Source: an uncultured Methanosarcinales archaeon (lineage in GTDB: Archaea > Nanobdellota > Nanobdellia > Woesearchaeales > CAXGTL01). From it: a stretch of DNA of 64,000 bases. The notes under the pieces were generated by a model. That model was given only the letters and a program-made list of their open reading frames with translations. It had not been told where the DNA came from and ran no database searches. The position numbers were made by a program, and so were the translations under genes. The number at the start of each line of letters is the position of its first letter. Position 1 is the stretch's first letter. The stretch covers positions 4,118 through 68,117 of the forward strand of contig CAZHVK010000007.1 in the NCBI GenBank assembly GCA_964535955.1. Direction: 5' to 3'. Below are positions 60,336 through 64,000 of the stretch, piece after piece.

Positions 60336-60596
60336 CTGCGGCAGCCGAGACTTTCGATGGAGGCCAATAAATTGAATTAGTGCATTTAGAATACACCTTG
60401 GACCAAAGTTTGAGCCACATTTCGAATTTTCGAATACTCAGCCTTTGAGAGTATTTCTCGAATTGCAACCGTGGCAGGGTTGCGTCCTCTATGGCGATCC
60501 TTATTTTCAGTGTGGGACTAAGTGAGCATAGCGAGCGCATGTCGCACTATCCCAATCGATCCTGATAAGGATCGTAGCCATTAGACTACTGCCGCA
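60336..60596 (-). ncRNA. candidate structured ncRNA of unknown class (GC-rich island with terminal helix GCGGCAG/CTGCCGC)
   Basis: local GC well above flanks; multiple perfect hairpins (GCAACC..GGTTGC, GATCC..GGATC, AATACTC..GAGTATT, GCGA..TCGC); T-rich tract follows on minus strand; overlapping 85-aa ORF judged spurious. Confidence 0.4.
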
Positions 60597-60629
60597 TTAG
60601 ATAAATATAAATGCCACAAAATCATTGCA

Positions 60630-60719
60630 TGGGTCTGGCCGGACTCGAACCGGCGATTAACGCCTATCTTTTCCTAATGGAATGTAAGGGCGCTGTCATA
60701 GCCACTAGACCACAAACCC
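60630..60719 (-). tRNA. tRNA-Val(UAC) with ~17-nt anticodon-loop intron
   Basis: reverse complement: GGGTTTG TG GTC-TAGTGGCTAT-GAC A GCGCC CTTACA[intron]A GGCGT TAAT GCCGG TTCGAGT CCGGC CAGACCC A. Confidence 0.7.
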
Positions 60720-60778
60720 AATTATATATAGAAAACAAACCACATATATAAAAAGGTTACTGTAAAAAGCTTTATATA

Positions 60779-61591
60779 TTGTCTTGTTTTATTCTTATTA
60801 TCATGTACACACTAAACCTAAACCCAACACTACTTGAACTCGGACAATTAGAAATAAGATGGTATGGTTTGATATATGCATTTGGTTTTATCTTATTTTA
60901 TTTGACAATGTATTATGTTTCTAAAAAGAATCTTATTGAAAATCTAGATAAGAATAATGTTGACAATTATGTTTTATACATAATTCTTGGTGTTGTTATC
61001 TGTGCAAGGTTTTTTGACTTTGTATTTTATAATTTTAAAACAATATTTACAGATCCATTAGAGATTCTAAAGATCTGGCACGGTGGACTAAGTTTTCATG
61101 GAGCATTAATAGGATTTATTCTTGGCACATGGTTATTCTGCAAAAAATATAAAATCAATATCTGGAAAACATTAGATGTTTCAGCCATTGTTGTAATTTT
61201 TGCTGTAATGCTAGGCAGAATTGGAAACTTAATTAATGCAGAATTAATTGGAACCCCATTTAATGGATCATGGTGTGTTATATTTCCAAACTATGATACA
61301 GTTTGTAGACACCCTTATCCAATCTATGCAGCTCTATCCCATTTATTATTGTTCTTATATTTAATCTTTTTACTTTACAAAAACAAAGAGAATATCAAAG
61401 ACTATCTGGGTAAGAGGAATTTAACAATTAGTTTTTTCATAGGTTATGGAATCTTAAGAATAATTACAGATATATGGAAAGTTGATAATATAGTACTAGG
61501 AATCAAGACAGGACAATGGTTAAGTTTGGTAATGGTCTTGATTGGTATTTTATTAATTATATTCAACAAAAGAAAACAAAAACCTTTATAA
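60779..61591 (+). CDS. lgt: prolipoprotein diacylglyceryl transferase (Lgt)-like membrane protein
   Basis: EIRWYGLIYAFGFILFY N-terminal motif and Lgt signature GRIGNLINAELIGTP; 7 predicted TM. Confidence 0.65.
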   Translation: MSCFILIIMYTLNLNPTLLELGQLEIRWYGLIYAFGFILFYLTMYYVSKKNLIENLDKNNVDNYVLYIILGVVICARFFDFVFYNFKTIFTDPLEILKIWHGGLSFHGALIGFILGTWLFCKKYKINIWKTLDVSAIVVIFAVMLGRIGNLINAELIGTPFNGSWCVIFPNYDTVCRHPYPIYAALSHLLLFLYLIFLLYKNKENIKDYLGKRNLTISFFIGYGILRIITDIWKVDNIVLGIKTGQWLSLVMVLIGILLIIFNKRKQKPL

Positions 61592-61619
61592 ACAAAGATA
61601 TTTCCTTTTATATTGTTAC

Positions 61620-61715
61620 GGGCCTGTAGCTGAGTCTGGCCAACTTTATCAAGTTGGATCAGGATGGCGCGACATTGCGTTCGCTCTTCTCACTTCAGTC
61701 CCGCAATAAAACATC
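61620..61715 (+). other. tRNA-like 5' segment (duplicate of the tRNA-Ile 5' end) with embedded 7-bp hairpin; pseudo- or split-tRNA candidate
   Basis: first 12 nt GGGCCTGTAGCT identical to the downstream tRNA; no matching 3' acceptor strand before the next gene; hairpin CCAACTT-TATC-AAGTTGG. Confidence 0.35.
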
Positions 61716-61849
61716 GGGCCTGTAGCTTAGTCTGGTGGAGCGCCGGTCTTATATGGCAGTGTTCCCAACAACTGGCTTAAGTTAGCCGGTGGTCGTGCGA
61801 GGATAACATTATCAGTGTTGTTCCACGAATTCAAATCGCGCCAGGCCCA
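61716..61849 (+). tRNA. tRNA-Ile(UAU) candidate with two 30-nt introns (anticodon loop 37/38 and T-arm)
   Basis: acceptor GGGCCTG/CAGGCCC, D-arm GCTT..GAGC, anticodon stem CCGGT/GCCGG, loop CTTATA|intron|A with BHB pairing CTTA/TAAG; T-stem GTGCG [30-nt insert] TTCAAAT CGCGC. Confidence 0.5.
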
Positions 61850-61953
61850 TTTTTTTTAAGAAACATCAAAAATACAGAGTATTTTTGTGGCTTTGAAATT
61901 CCATAAGAATTTCAAAAGGTTTTTAAACAAATATCAAATAATTTAAATATACT

Positions 61954-62028
61954 GCCCCGTTGGTGTAGTCCGGCCAATCATCTTGCCCTTTCGAGGCAAG
62001 GACTCGGGTTCAAATCCCGGACGGGGCA
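61954..62028 (+). tRNA. tRNA-Glu(UUC), intronless
   Basis: GCCCCGT TG GTG-TAGTCCGGCCAAT-CAT C TTGCC CTTTCGA GGCAA GGAC TCGGG TTCAAAT CCCGG ACGGGGC A. Confidence 0.8.
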
Positions 62029-62098
62029 TTTATTATTCTCAATCATAGATAACTTTTTAAGTGCAATACGAATTCTCAGTTTATTAAAACAAAAATAG

Positions 62099-64000
<1,902 letters not shown>

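Noticed and set aside
60283-60540. 85-aa minus-strand ORF
   Set aside because: Lies entirely within the GC-rich hairpin-dense region interpreted as structured RNA; atypical composition, no RBS.
60336-60596. RNase P RNA or SRP RNA identity for the structured region
   Set aside because: Could not find P4-forming AGTCCGGG/CCCGGCTT segments or the SRP helix-8 GGAAGG/AGCAGC motifs on either strand; left as unknown class rather than named.

Overview
AT-rich (~30% GC) archaeal chromosome segment, most likely from a DPANN-type archaeon. Archaeal markers in the sequence: an HMf-type histone, the split rpoH-rpoB''-rpoB'-rpoA'-rpoA''-L30e-nusA-S12-S7 transcription/translation operon, secE-spt5-ftsZ, archease plus RtcB, and several tRNAs carrying one or two introns (including D-loop and T-loop introns). 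Bacterial-type genes sit alongside them: MutS, MutL, CspA and an Lgt-like protein. The best candidate for an undescribed system is a 13-gene, co-directional, overlap-coupled minus-strand operon at 23879-33437. It encodes two receiver (REC) domains, a P-loop ATPase, a vWA protein, an LRR protein and several paralog families. Five of its proteins share a conserved N-terminal DYFxKFKDVEFK motif. Other notable loci: a LAGLIDADG homing-endonuclease gene split by a ~110-bp hairpin-rich insert next to an intron-containing tRNA; a ~260-nt structured GC-rich RNA candidate beside tRNA-Val; a duplicated tRNA 5' segment upstream of a putative tRNA-Ile(UAU); a 92-bp tandem duplication carrying an RBS and start codon; and a stop-less in-frame junction between a PfkB (adenosine-kinase-like) kinase and S-adenosylhomocysteine hydrolase at the window end. 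No CRISPR array or rRNA gene was found.
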